From the UHGV virus genome UHGV-1636268: DNA of 22,365 bases; one strand, given 5' to 3'. The DNA is from a virus. Both the position numbers and the translations under genes were made by a program. Of the stretch, positions 1 through 8,013 are shown in pieces (positions within the stretch are counted from its first letter, which is position 1; each line of letters starts with the position of its first letter). The notes beneath the pieces were generated by a model. That model was given only the letters and a program-made list of their open reading frames with translations, had not been told where the DNA came from and ran no database searches.

Positions 1-230
1 TACCCCCACCTACCCCCACCTACCTGCACAATTCTAAAATGATTTTTCTTGCCCGACCTGATTTTTCTCTGCACGTTTTGAAAATGAAAAAACCCTTTGG
101 AGATTACCTGCACAGTTTGAAAATGAATTTTCTCTTTGGAGTTCAAAATTTTCTCTATAGATTCCTCTACAGAACTCTACCTGCACAAATCTGAAATGAA
201 AAAGCCCTCCTTACCTGAAAAATTTACCAG
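1..230. repeat. Cluster of degenerate direct repeats at window edge: tandem 10-mer TACCCCCACC x2 (1-20); ~39-bp unit CTGCAC-N2-TTTGAAAATGAA-N6-CTTTGGAG in two tandem copies (69-107, 108-146); partial copies at 22-42 and 179-207
   Basis: Read directly: ACCTGCACA at 22-30, 106-114, 179-187; (T)TGAAAATGA at 34-42, 78-87, 117-126, 191-199; CTTTGGAG at 94-101 and 133-140. No minus-strand ATG in 1-272. Confidence 0.6.
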
Positions 231-272
231 ATAAGAAAGGCTTAGTCTATTGTGAATATACTACGAAGTTTC

Positions 273-1058
273 TTAGTTCTTTGCGTCTAAGAAGGTAAGT
301 TCTGGTGAAGAGAAGATTAACTCAATATCCTCATCAGTTCTTGCATAGATATAAGCATCTGCATCACTGCCAAATGTTACTGCAATTCTGTGATTGCTCT
401 TCGACAGGTGGGTAACTAGAGCGTTACTTAGAGACATCTTTTCAACCGGAGGGTTACTTTGATGTATCTTACCTTTTCTTCGTCTGAAGAGGGTAACTGC
501 GTTATCTGTGAACACAACTACACCTGCAAAGTATTCTGGTTCACAGTAGTTTTTCCAACCTGAGTGTAACTCATTATACATTTTTGCTTCATAGACATAC
601 AGATAAACATCTACACTCTTCATCACCTGATTAATGATAACTGTGACAGCTTGAGGGTCAAGTCCACCGATACCTGCACCAATCATAGGTAGACCAACTT
701 TCTTCAACTGGTTAACTTCACAGTATCTGTTAAGCTGTTTCAAGGATGACTCTAAAGCACTGTATCGGGCATCTTTACCAGTATGAAGTTGGGTGTAAAG
801 GTTAGCTATACGGCCTTGTTTTAAACGTGCTACAGAGAAATTACCTAGTAAATTTTCACAGGGTTTGTGACGAATGCCACCTGCAAACAGGTAAACTTCT
901 GTGTCAGTATCATACACTTTTGGATAACGCTTAGAAATAGTTGCTGCAATACCTGCACCCATGAAATTCATACAGTTGCAACCATGACCAATGATATCAA
1001 ATTTGCCTTTATCAAATGCGTCAAAGATATCACCTTTGATGATTTTTACAATACCCAT
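273..1058 (-). CDS. Macro-domain protein (ADP-ribose binding/processing family) with ~100-aa C-terminal extension of unknown function
   Basis: N-terminal GDIFDAFDKGKFDIIGHGCNCMNFMGAGIAATI fits the macro-domain pattern GDIT...DxIVNxxN...GxGVxxAI. Start trimmed to ATG at 1058..1056 (GGGAGAG SD 8 nt upstream), which overlaps the upstream stop as TAATG; the track's 1073 start is a TTG extension. Confidence 0.65.
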   Translation of the reverse strand: MGIVKIIKGDIFDAFDKGKFDIIGHGCNCMNFMGAGIAATISKRYPKVYDTDTEVYLFAGGIRHKPCENLLGNFSVARLKQGRIANLYTQLHTGKDARYSALESSLKQLNRYCEVNQLKKVGLPMIGAGIGGLDPQAVTVIINQVMKSVDVYLYVYEAKMYNELHSGWKNYCEPEYFAGVVVFTDNAVTLFRRRKGKIHQSNPPVEKMSLSNALVTHLSKSNHRIAVTFGSDADAYIYARTDEDIELIFSSPELTFLDAKN

Positions 1059-1258
1059 TAACATCTCTCCCAAGATTCTTTATCTTCTGAAGGTTTTACA
1101 CGTTGCCCTTCGTGGTCTACCCAGATACACCCACAACCTTCACAGATTACTGGCATTGCATAACCAGCTTTAAAGTCATCTTCAGTGATAAGACCTTCTA
1201 AGTCACCTGTATCACGTCCGAACATTTCGATAGAACAGTCTTTACAGAAGTCAGCCAT
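1058..1258 (-). CDS. Small Cys-rich protein (CxxC ... CxGCxC), putative zinc-binding
   Basis: 66-aa ORF with ATG start; cysteines at 5, 8, 39, 42, 44; stop overlaps the macro-domain start (TAATG). Confidence 0.5.
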   Translation of the reverse strand: MADFCKDCSIEMFGRDTGDLEGLITEDDFKAGYAMPVICEGCGCIWVDHEGQRVKPSEDKESWERC

Positions 1259-1272
1259 ATAATATATATACC

Positions 1273-1500
1273 TTATAGTTCAGTTTCTCGTAATTCTTTA
1301 CCTTCATCATAGAAGCATTTATAGAATGTGTCTATAGAGATTCTGGCAAAGGTGAGGTCTTCAAAGTATTCCTCTGGAGTTGTCCATGTAAAACTAAAAC
1401 TGTCGAGGCTGTAAAATGGTATCACTGTGTCGTGACTCACGAAAACACATGCTGACGTGACTTCTCCAGTATCTTTGTCAATTACCTCTAGAGCTTTCAT
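1273..1500 (-). CDS. Hypothetical protein (75 aa)
   Basis: ATG-initiated ORF in the same-strand gene array; no recognisable motif. Confidence 0.4.
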   Translation of the reverse strand: MKALEVIDKDTGEVTSACVFVSHDTVIPFYSLDSFSFTWTTPEEYFEDLTFARISIDTFYKCFYDEGKELRETEL

Positions 1501-1801
1501 AGCTTACCTTTTCGGTTAGTTCATATAAATCAACATGCTCAATACTGTCGATGTTGATATCAATCTTTTTGAAATGTTCTATCACTTCGTTGTCAGTCAT
1601 CCATATCAGACACCAATGATTCTGGATGGATTCTTCAAGAAGGTCAACACAATCTTTAAAAGTTTTTGTATCACTTCTTGTTCCTACTACTGCAATTGTT
1701 CCATATAACCACTTACCGTTGCCATAGGTCACTTGTGCTACACCAACCTCTTTATCTTTCTCATAGTAAACGGCTACAAAATCTCTTCCATTAATCTGCA
1801 T
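1478..1801 (-). CDS. Hypothetical protein (107 aa)
   Basis: ATG start at 1801..1799, tightly packed with neighbours; no recognisable motif. Confidence 0.45.
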   Translation of the reverse strand: MQINGRDFVAVYYEKDKEVGVAQVTYGNGKWLYGTIAVVGTRSDTKTFKDCVDLLEESIQNHWCLIWMTDNEVIEHFKKIDINIDSIEHVDLYELTEKVSYESSRGN

Positions 1802-1803
1802 AG

Positions 1804-2073
1804 TTACTTCCTCGTTTTAAGAACTGCTAAGATTTCTTTAGAGTCTGGTAAGAACCATGTGTAGTGATTCTCTTTGATTTCTGGATGAGTGTCAACCTTT
1901 ATTTTGCACTCTTTACCAACATGCTTAAGTTGTGCTGTGACACCTTGCATAAAGATATGGCACATCACATTATCCATAATGGTTGGTGAGAAATCAACCC
2001 GCATATAAGTTTCTTTTGGTCGTGGTAGCAGTAAGTACCCTTCTACATAGAAAGTATCTTCGTTCTCTGTCAT
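1804..2073 (-). CDS. Hypothetical protein (89 aa)
   Basis: ATG at 2073..2071 overlaps the upstream stop as ATGA; no recognisable motif. Confidence 0.45.
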   Translation of the reverse strand: MTENEDTFYVEGYLLLPRPKETYMRVDFSPTIMDNVMCHIFMQGVTAQLKHVGKECKIKVDTHPEIKENHYTWFLPDSKEILAVLKTRK

Positions 2074-2339
2074 TGCTGCTTATTCCCTAATAAAATCATG
2101 TCAATAAGGTTATTAGCTTTGATTGTACACTGGTAAAATCCGTCACGGTAGAACTCAAGTGCTGCTGCTACATCACTACCTGTGTTGCCTTTGATAATAT
2201 ACCGTGATTCTTCTTGGGTGTACTTATCACTCTCACTTACTTGGGAGTTTTTGAATGTACTGCTCACTTTGTTCGTTGAACACCCTGACATAGTTATCAG
2301 TAACACAAACATTATAAAACTCTGGCTTAGTTTTTTCAT
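2070..2339 (-). CDS. Putative outer-membrane lipoprotein, candidate o-spanin (start embedded in the upstream gene, different frame)
   Basis: N-terminus MKKLSQSFIMFVLLITMSGC has a signal peptide and lipobox-like MSGC. The first 107 nt lie inside the 2233..2580 ORF in another frame. Not proline-rich, so the call is tentative. Confidence 0.4.
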   Translation of the reverse strand: MKKLSQSFIMFVLLITMSGCSTNKVSSTFKNSQVSESDKYTQEESRYIIKGNTGSDVAAALEFYRDGFYQCTIKANNLIDMILLGNKQQ

Positions 2340-2580
2340 ATGTTAGTACCTCTTTTGTATGCTTATTCTTAGCAAGCACATCTTTCAAATCATTTTTGTA
2401 ATTGGTGCTGAGTGTGGCTAAACCTTCCTGATAAGCATCTTTAGCAACACTTATTAGTTTCTCATTATTTAGCTCAGTTTCAGCAACTTGATAGTCTCTG
2501 TAAGAGTATCCTCCCCAGACACCTGCACCAACTAAGAAAACAATTATGAAAGTAGCTTGACAGAACTCTTTAAATGTCAT
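2233..2580 (-). CDS. Putative type-II membrane protein, candidate i-spanin
   Basis: Single N-terminal hydrophobic helix (ATFIIVFLVGAGVWGGY) followed by a charged, probably helical soluble domain; AGGAGA SD ~8 nt upstream of the ATG; overlaps the downstream lipoprotein ORF. Confidence 0.45.
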   Translation of the reverse strand: MTFKEFCQATFIIVFLVGAGVWGGYSYRDYQVAETELNNEKLISVAKDAYQEGLATLSTNYKNDLKDVLAKNKHTKEVLTYEKTKPEFYNVCVTDNYVRVFNEQSEQYIQKLPSK

Positions 2581-2599
2581 TTAACAATCTCCTAAAATG

Positions 2600-2620
2600 A
2601 AAAAGGCTCCCGAAGGAGCC
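2600..2620 (-). terminator. Rho-independent terminator (GGCTCC-cgaa-GGAGCC hairpin + T5 on minus strand)
   Basis: Perfect 6-bp GC-rich stem 2605-2610/2615-2620 with CGAA loop; plus-strand A-run 2600-2604 gives TTTTT 3' of the hairpin on the minus strand; 13 nt after the stop at 2633. Confidence 0.6.
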
Positions 2621-2632
2621 TGTATCTTAACC

Positions 2633-3097
2633 TTAACCGAGGACTTTAGCAAGGATATTCGCAGCCATCGAAGAAGCTTTTGCAGCAGCAGCTACCCCAG
2701 CTTTGATAGCGTTATCCTTGATAGCAGATACCGTTGCAGCATCAGTAAAGAGATAAGTAGTTGTTTTAGAACCACTTGTAAAGGAAAGCATAAGAGCAGT
2801 TTCCAGATTGAAAGAGCGATACGGAGCACCTTCTTTAACGATACCTTCAGCACCTAATTCTGAGGCCATCCCCATATCATAGATAGTCATCAGGTTTTCT
2901 TTGTGTGCAGTCGTTGAACCAGAACCTTTGACGTGTTTCTTAACATTCAAAAGAGCACGATACTCTCGGATGTTGCCGTCTGCTTTTACATTGACAGCAC
3001 GGAAGATTTTACCCTCAAAGTTGTTCTTGATAATGTTACGAACTACTTCAGATTTGTTTGCCGTAACGTCCAGTGCTACCGTAATGATATTGTTCAT
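2633..3097 (-). CDS. Hypothetical protein (154 aa), Ala/Gly/Ser/Thr-rich
   Basis: ATG start with GAGAGA SD; followed directly by a strong terminator; no recognisable catalytic motif. Confidence 0.55.
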   Translation of the reverse strand: MNNIITVALDVTANKSEVVRNIIKNNFEGKIFRAVNVKADGNIREYRALLNVKKHVKGSGSTTAHKENLMTIYDMGMASELGAEGIVKEGAPYRSFNLETALMLSFTSGSKTTTYLFTDAATVSAIKDNAIKAGVAAAAKASSMAANILAKVLG

Positions 3098-3107
3098 AAG
3101 TTTTCTC

Positions 3108-3803
3108 TCAATGTTTAACTAACATGGTTTTGATGTGTGGAAGGATTCTGTTCACCTTCTGCACATTCTTCTCTGTATCTTCTATAAAACATACTATATT
3201 AAAGTAAGGAAGAATGCAAGACTGAATCATCCTCACTTTCAAACTTTCTGCACTTATAGAGTTAGTTCCAAAACCACGCATAAAAAGCAAGTAATCATGC
3301 TCTATATTGTGCCTTAAAAACATCTCAGTAGGTATTCTCTGAGATTCACCTCTCGCTGTCAAGAGTCCAACAGCAGCATGATTAGCAATTGCATCAATGA
3401 TATTGAAAACATACGTTGGTTTTGCTCTTACAGAGTCAAGAAGATTAGTGTACTGTGAAAATGACCCATCAGTCAACTCCGTTGAACAATCTTCGTGATT
3501 AAAATTTGTAAGAACACCATCGATGTCTGCTAAGATGAGATTCCCTTTTTCTACAAGGTCTTTATTGACTATGACTAAGCTATCACGACTTACACCTACA
3601 GTTTGTCCAGTCTCTTTGTCCACAACGCTCACAATTGGTTCTGATGTGTGGAACTCTTCAAGTGAACATACAACTTCTCTTGCAGTATCTTCAAAATCCC
3701 TGCACTGTTCTGGAGTCCATGCGCAGGAATCAAGACCTAACTCATGAGGGTGTAAGTCGTAAGCATGGCACAGTACTTCATCAGACTTTCTTAATTTTTT
3801 CAT
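3108..3803 (-). CDS. HAD-superfamily phosphatase-like protein, possibly a 5'(3')-nucleotidase, with ~80-aa N-terminal extension
   Basis: LILADIDGVLTN matches HAD motif I (hhhhDxDG); LLTAR and FIEDTEKN are consistent with motifs II and IV. ATG at 3803; overlaps the upstream gene end by 23 nt, so the true start may be downstream. Confidence 0.5.
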   Translation of the reverse strand: MKKLRKSDEVLCHAYDLHPHELGLDSCAWTPEQCRDFEDTAREVVCSLEEFHTSEPIVSVVDKETGQTVGVSRDSLVIVNKDLVEKGNLILADIDGVLTNFNHEDCSTELTDGSFSQYTNLLDSVRAKPTYVFNIIDAIANHAAVGLLTARGESQRIPTEMFLRHNIEHDYLLFMRGFGTNSISAESLKVRMIQSCILPYFNIVCFIEDTEKNVQKVNRILPHIKTMLVKH

Positions 3804-4329
3804 GGTTTACCTTAGAAATATTTGTTGCAAATTCACATTGAGCAATAACTTTCATGTTGTTATAGACATCTTGAGAATATTTCTTAGCTTTAGGGATTCT
3901 GTACGAATACCCAGCATTATATGATGCTAAAACTTTTTGTAAAGTATTCTTTGACTTTGGCTGACCATGCACCTTTGTCCAAAACTCAAGCTCTTTGTGA
4001 GTTTCCTTAGCAGCATAATCAAAGTCTTTTAAGAGTTTCTTTTTAGCCACATTAGGACTAATTTTGTTACGCTTTACAACAGTCTTCAAGTGATTCTGGA
4101 AAATACCATAGTCATGGGTCTTTTTATTCTCTACCTTCAGACCTAACTCTGACTCTTGTAAGGCTATAGCAGCTAGAGTGATACCCCAACCTTTACCCAT
4201 ATTATTCTCACCATACTGGTAAGCTTTTAACATGTTTACTTTTTGGCTAATTGATAGCTCTGGGCAGTCAACTGCATAAGATAAGTGTGCTGTAAACATT
4301 AAGCACAAACCTAGAATCAATTTCTTCAT
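3781..4329 (-). CDS. Secreted soluble lytic transglycosylase (SLT-domain) protein
   Basis: N-terminal signal peptide MKKLILGLCLMFTAHLSYA; SLT family-1 motifs in order: QESELG (catalytic E-S), DYGIFQ (GLMQ-like), ASYNAGYS (AYNxG). Confidence 0.6.
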   Translation of the reverse strand: MKKLILGLCLMFTAHLSYAVDCPELSISQKVNMLKAYQYGENNMGKGWGITLAAIALQESELGLKVENKKTHDYGIFQNHLKTVVKRNKISPNVAKKKLLKDFDYAAKETHKELEFWTKVHGQPKSKNTLQKVLASYNAGYSYRIPKAKKYSQDVYNNMKVIAQCEFATNISKVNHEKIKKV

Positions 4330-4360
4330 TGGTTCCCCTGTTTAGTTTATCGTGACATCA

Positions 4361-4389
4361 ATTATACAGCACTCTGCACAAAATACAAA
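4361..4389 (-). promoter_or_regulatory. Sigma70-like promoter candidate for the SLT transcription unit
   Basis: On the minus strand: TTGTAT (4389..4384), 17-nt spacer, perfect TATAAT (4366..4361); ~30 nt upstream of the ATG at 4329 and immediately after the rIIB terminator. Confidence 0.3.
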
Positions 4390-4390
4390 T

Positions 4391-4412
4391 AAAAAAGGCC
4401 GCCGAAGCAGCC
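4391..4412 (-). terminator. Rho-independent terminator (GGCCGC-cgaa-GCAGCC hairpin flanked by A6/T4 runs)
   Basis: Stem 4397-4402/4407-4412 (5 pairs, 1 mismatch) with CGAA loop; A-run 4391-4396 gives TTTTTT on the minus strand; 17 nt after the rIIB stop. Flanking A/T runs could allow bidirectional function. Confidence 0.55.
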
Positions 4413-4429
4413 TTTTAAGAAATTACTTA

Positions 4430-5539
4430 TTAGATTTCACGTTTACGTTGAGAGATGAGTTCCCCAGCAGTACCAACGATGACATGCAAAGCTTCAGTCT
4501 TACCATCCCATGCTTTCAGAACTTTACGTTGATTATCAACGATTGCTGCAACTTCATAACGGGATGAACGCATCTTCATATCGTTGTAATCAGTCGGAAC
4601 AGATACAACATCTCGTGGATGGACACGAACCTTCAGAATTGTATCCCCTGAGAAGCAACGAACATAATCCCAAGCACCAACATGAAGACCTTGAGAGCAA
4701 GTCACGTTACGGTTATTATCAACCATCCAACGTGGCATTTCTACAATGTTACCCAAATCATTAGGTACTCTGTAGGTGTGGGAGTCAACCAGCTTGCCTT
4801 CACGAGTAGATACTTTCTTCCAACCAATGATGTAGCCTTCTTCATCAATTTCAACATCAAGGTGAGATACAAATCCCCAAAGTTGTTCTACAGAGTCTTT
4901 AGATGGGTTTTCCATCAGTTTTTCGAAGAACATTACAAGACGTTCAAAACCTTTATCACCAGTCTTCATCATGTGAAGAATACGGTCAACCAGAGTAGAA
5001 CGCATCTCAACAGCACCATAGAATAGCTTGTCACCTTTGATTGTGATAGCACCCTGAGTGAAGTTTTCGATAGACTTACGAATGTTCATTAGTTCAAATG
5101 CTTTCTTGAACTCGCCTTTCACAACGTGAACTACAATTTCTTGATAGTTCGGATGAGTAGACTCAACAATTTCAGATTCTGAACCGTAAGTCATAATTAC
5201 AGAGTCACCAGTAATCATGTACTCAATCTTGCCATCTTTCTGCATAGCTTCGTGCAGTTTATTTACTGGAGCTTTCTGTACAGCCTCTTTAACAACCTTT
5301 TTAACTGGCTTGTCAGCTTTCTTTTTAACTGATTTAGCAACTTGCTTCAAAGTCTTCGTAGCTGGTTTAGAAGTCACCTTCTTATTCCCTTTTAAGGTTG
5401 CTTCATGACGCTCTACAGCACGACCGACTGAACGGGTTGAGGTGTTAAATTTCTGTGCAATAGCGGTTTTAGTCAGCTTGCCCTCTTTAACCAGTTTGTA
5501 AATTTCTGCGTCAATCTGTGCTTTAGTTTTAGTAGTCAT
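4430..5539 (-). CDS. rIIB: RIIB-like protein
   Basis: Immediately downstream of the rIIA-like gene; size (369 aa) and segments such as CSQGLHVGAW and HPRDVVSVPTDYNDMKMRSSRYEV resemble T4 RIIB as recalled from memory; not checked by alignment. Confidence 0.65.
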   Translation of the reverse strand: MTTKTKAQIDAEIYKLVKEGKLTKTAIAQKFNTSTRSVGRAVERHEATLKGNKKVTSKPATKTLKQVAKSVKKKADKPVKKVVKEAVQKAPVNKLHEAMQKDGKIEYMITGDSVIMTYGSESEIVESTHPNYQEIVVHVVKGEFKKAFELMNIRKSIENFTQGAITIKGDKLFYGAVEMRSTLVDRILHMMKTGDKGFERLVMFFEKLMENPSKDSVEQLWGFVSHLDVEIDEEGYIIGWKKVSTREGKLVDSHTYRVPNDLGNIVEMPRWMVDNNRNVTCSQGLHVGAWDYVRCFSGDTILKVRVHPRDVVSVPTDYNDMKMRSSRYEVAAIVDNQRKVLKAWDGKTEALHVIVGTAGELISQRKREI

Positions 5540-5588
5540 CTTATTACTCTCTCTTGTTAGTTAATAAATCATTTTGTGATGCTATTTT

Positions 5589-5608
5589 AAGGGGCTTTGA
5601 AGCCCCTT
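5589..5608 (-). other. Stable hairpin between rIIA and rIIB (AAGGGGC-tttgaa-GCCCCTT) with no T-run
   Basis: 7-bp stem 5589-5595/5602-5608; the sequence 3' of it on the minus strand is AAAATAGC, so it is not a canonical terminator. Possible RNA processing or stability element, or partial attenuator. Confidence 0.3.
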
Positions 5609-5618
5609 GTCAAACACT

Positions 5619-7985
5619 TTAATCATAAATTGTAGTCCCTTCTGGAACACATTTTACATCAAAGCCTAAGAACTTACTCACTTCGATGGGTGACACTTTA
5701 TTCCAATCTAAATGAGAAAGCAAGAAGTTTTCTTGTTTTCTTTTTGAAAGGTAGTTTGTCACCTTAATGACCATACGGTCACCAGCTTTCTTAATTTTCT
5801 TGTAAAGCTTTGTATCATTGTCAAGACAGTCTTTCAAAGTTTTCAATACACTAATAGTATAAGTGTATGCAAATGGTGCAGCAACGTATTGGATTTTACC
5901 GAACATTGCCTCTACAGCATCTTCATTTCCTTCTAGGAAGATAGTTTTGTTTGTATCCCGTGAATAGCAATAGCCACGAGAAATCTTCCTGTTATTGAAT
6001 GTAAAGTTTCTGGCAATAATCCAGCTACTTGTAAGGTCAAGAACACCATTCATGTAGATGCGTGTCATATACCTGTTATGATTAATCCAATGAACATCAG
6101 TTAAGCTGTCGTTCAAGAGCTTCTCATCTACTTCAATCCAGTCTTCTGGTATCTTTTTCCAATTTGCTTTTCGGAAAACATAGACTGTCTTTCCAATAAC
6201 ATTAGCAACTGACTTAGCTACATCTTCTGGTGATGAGCAAAAACATTCACCATCAACTGTGTCACCAATTGCCTTAATGTAAAGCTGAGGTTCTTCAATT
6301 GTGTCTAAGTCCTCTGACACCTCTTTGTAGGAGGCTACACCTTCTGCTGGAACAGCTTTCCAGAGTTTTACAACACCTCTTACAGCTTCTTTACGCTGGT
6401 AATGGTGTTCCTTATCAGACATTTTCACAATCTTTAACAAGCTTTTATCAAGTTTGTGTAGATTGATTAAATCATCTAACTCTTTTTCAGTCGAGAATAC
6501 AAACACAATCCCATTGTATCTGTGAAACAGACTTGACTCACTGGCGTAGTCTCGACATGCACCACGCAAGATTTGATTGCGACCTACAGTCTTCTCAGTA
6601 CCATTTTTATTGCGACGGTCATTAATCACGAACAAAAACTGTTCAATTTGGCTTTTACGCATTGCGCCAAAGATATTGAACATACTTGCCTCTTGAGTGT
6701 AGGAAAGTGCTGTTGCACGAATCTTACTCTCTAAAGAGTTGAACTTGACATAAGCAACTGGATTATAAAGATAATCTACTTTAGGGATATTGTTCCCGTT
6801 CCTATCAACCTTAATATTACCTTTGCCGTCACGTTCATAAATGACTGAGCCGTCTTCTGCGTAGATAATTCCACGACGAATGTTTAGCAATTCTTCTTCC
6901 AGAGAATCAAGCTTAACGCCACCCCACTCTAGCTTTGGACACACAGCATTAAACATCTCTCGTGAGTTCAAACGTAACTCAGCATAAGCCTGTGCAGCAT
7001 CCATGAGTGTAGGTTGGCTATTAACTTTCTTGATAACATCCTTTGTAATGGCTTCAGTTATCTTTTTAGTAGCCTCAATGATAACATTTTTTGTCGTGTC
7101 ATTCATCTGCAATGCTTCACGAGAAGCTGCAATAGCAACTGAACCAATAGGCATGTAGATGTTTACAAGGTCTACGCTCCTACGGAAAAATTCTGGCAAT
7201 ACTTTGAAGAAATCATCACCAAGTAACGCTTCCATGTTAACAGGGTAGGCAATGTTACCCATCACCACATTAAACTCTGTCCTGTTACCACTAGAACGCC
7301 AGCTTTGCTTATGAATCATGGCATCATAAACACCCTCTTCACGGGCAATGACGTTCATATCTGCTAATACATCGTCGTACACAATATTACTTTCTGGTTT
7401 TACAGCAAAGTATGAGTATACATTACCAGCTTCTTCAAAGAACTTTGAGATACGGTGGTCAGCAACTGCCACACGTACAGCTAAACCATTAGGTTCATTT
7501 GTTTGGTTAGTAGTAAGCTTAGTTACTTGAGGGATACCATTCTCAAGGTAAACAGAGTACTTATTAACAACACCATCAACATAGCTAGATACTGTGAATG
7601 ACTGAGCAATTGCAAACGGTGACTTTGAGCCGATGCCCATTGCACCAATGTAGTCATTAGAGTCATTCTTCGTAGAAGCCCCGTAGTTCAGATACAAACT
7701 CATTACTTTGTCATGGGTTAAACCAGTTCCAAAGTCACGGACTTCAAAGTAAGGCTCAAATCGAGTAGGCAAATGCACATGGAACGGGATGTTTTCTTTT
7801 CCAGCTTCTTTCTGAGCATCTACTGCGTTACATGACAGTTCACGAATCACTGCCCTTTCTTTAAACGTGTATACACCAGAACTCAAAAGGCTGAACATTT
7901 CAGGTGTCATTGTAATCTGTGCTTGAGACGTCTCTAAAGAAGTTGAACTCTTAATCACTTCTGCGTGGTCGTTTACCATGCGCAT
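5619..7985 (-). CDS. rIIA: RIIA-like protein with N-terminal GHKL (histidine-kinase-like) ATPase domain
   Basis: GHKL motifs near the N-terminus: N-box ELSCNAVDA, G1 box VRDFGTGL, G2 box GAMGIGSKS. Size (788 aa) and position next to rIIB match T4 rIIA. Confidence 0.8.
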   Translation of the reverse strand: MRMVNDHAEVIKSSTSLETSQAQITMTPEMFSLLSSGVYTFKERAVIRELSCNAVDAQKEAGKENIPFHVHLPTRFEPYFEVRDFGTGLTHDKVMSLYLNYGASTKNDSNDYIGAMGIGSKSPFAIAQSFTVSSYVDGVVNKYSVYLENGIPQVTKLTTNQTNEPNGLAVRVAVADHRISKFFEEAGNVYSYFAVKPESNIVYDDVLADMNVIAREEGVYDAMIHKQSWRSSGNRTEFNVVMGNIAYPVNMEALLGDDFFKVLPEFFRRSVDLVNIYMPIGSVAIAASREALQMNDTTKNVIIEATKKITEAITKDVIKKVNSQPTLMDAAQAYAELRLNSREMFNAVCPKLEWGGVKLDSLEEELLNIRRGIIYAEDGSVIYERDGKGNIKVDRNGNNIPKVDYLYNPVAYVKFNSLESKIRATALSYTQEASMFNIFGAMRKSQIEQFLFVINDRRNKNGTEKTVGRNQILRGACRDYASESSLFHRYNGIVFVFSTEKELDDLINLHKLDKSLLKIVKMSDKEHHYQRKEAVRGVVKLWKAVPAEGVASYKEVSEDLDTIEEPQLYIKAIGDTVDGECFCSSPEDVAKSVANVIGKTVYVFRKANWKKIPEDWIEVDEKLLNDSLTDVHWINHNRYMTRIYMNGVLDLTSSWIIARNFTFNNRKISRGYCYSRDTNKTIFLEGNEDAVEAMFGKIQYVAAPFAYTYTISVLKTLKDCLDNDTKLYKKIKKAGDRMVIKVTNYLSKRKQENFLLSHLDWNKVSPIEVSKFLGFDVKCVPEGTTIYD

Positions 7986-8013
7986 AATACTTTCCTCTCA
8001 GTTTACTGTTAAA

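Noticed and set aside
39-194. Plus-strand 51-aa ORF inside the left-edge repeat cluster (MIFLARPDFSLHVLKMKKPFGDYLHSLKMNFLFG...)
   Set aside because: No Shine-Dalgarno sequence upstream; the apparent peptide repeats simply reflect the 39-bp DNA repeat being a multiple of three. More likely a non-coding repeat region.
1-230. Possible CRISPR array
   Set aside because: Repeats are degenerate, irregularly spaced and not separated by unique spacers of uniform length; no cas genes in the window.
867-1173. Plus-strand ORFs 867..1061 and 991..1173 (and similar plus-strand ORFs 2597..2857, 2901..3122, 3135..3317, 3523..3841, 4352..5026, 5217..5408, 7348..7530, 7978..8160, 8657..9184, 10570..11040, 11494..11700, 14921..15674, 16584..16772, 21513..22029)
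   Set aside because: All lie antisense within or across well-supported minus-strand genes, have low-complexity or Cys/Ser-rich translations, and lack ribosome-binding sites; they are shadow ORFs.
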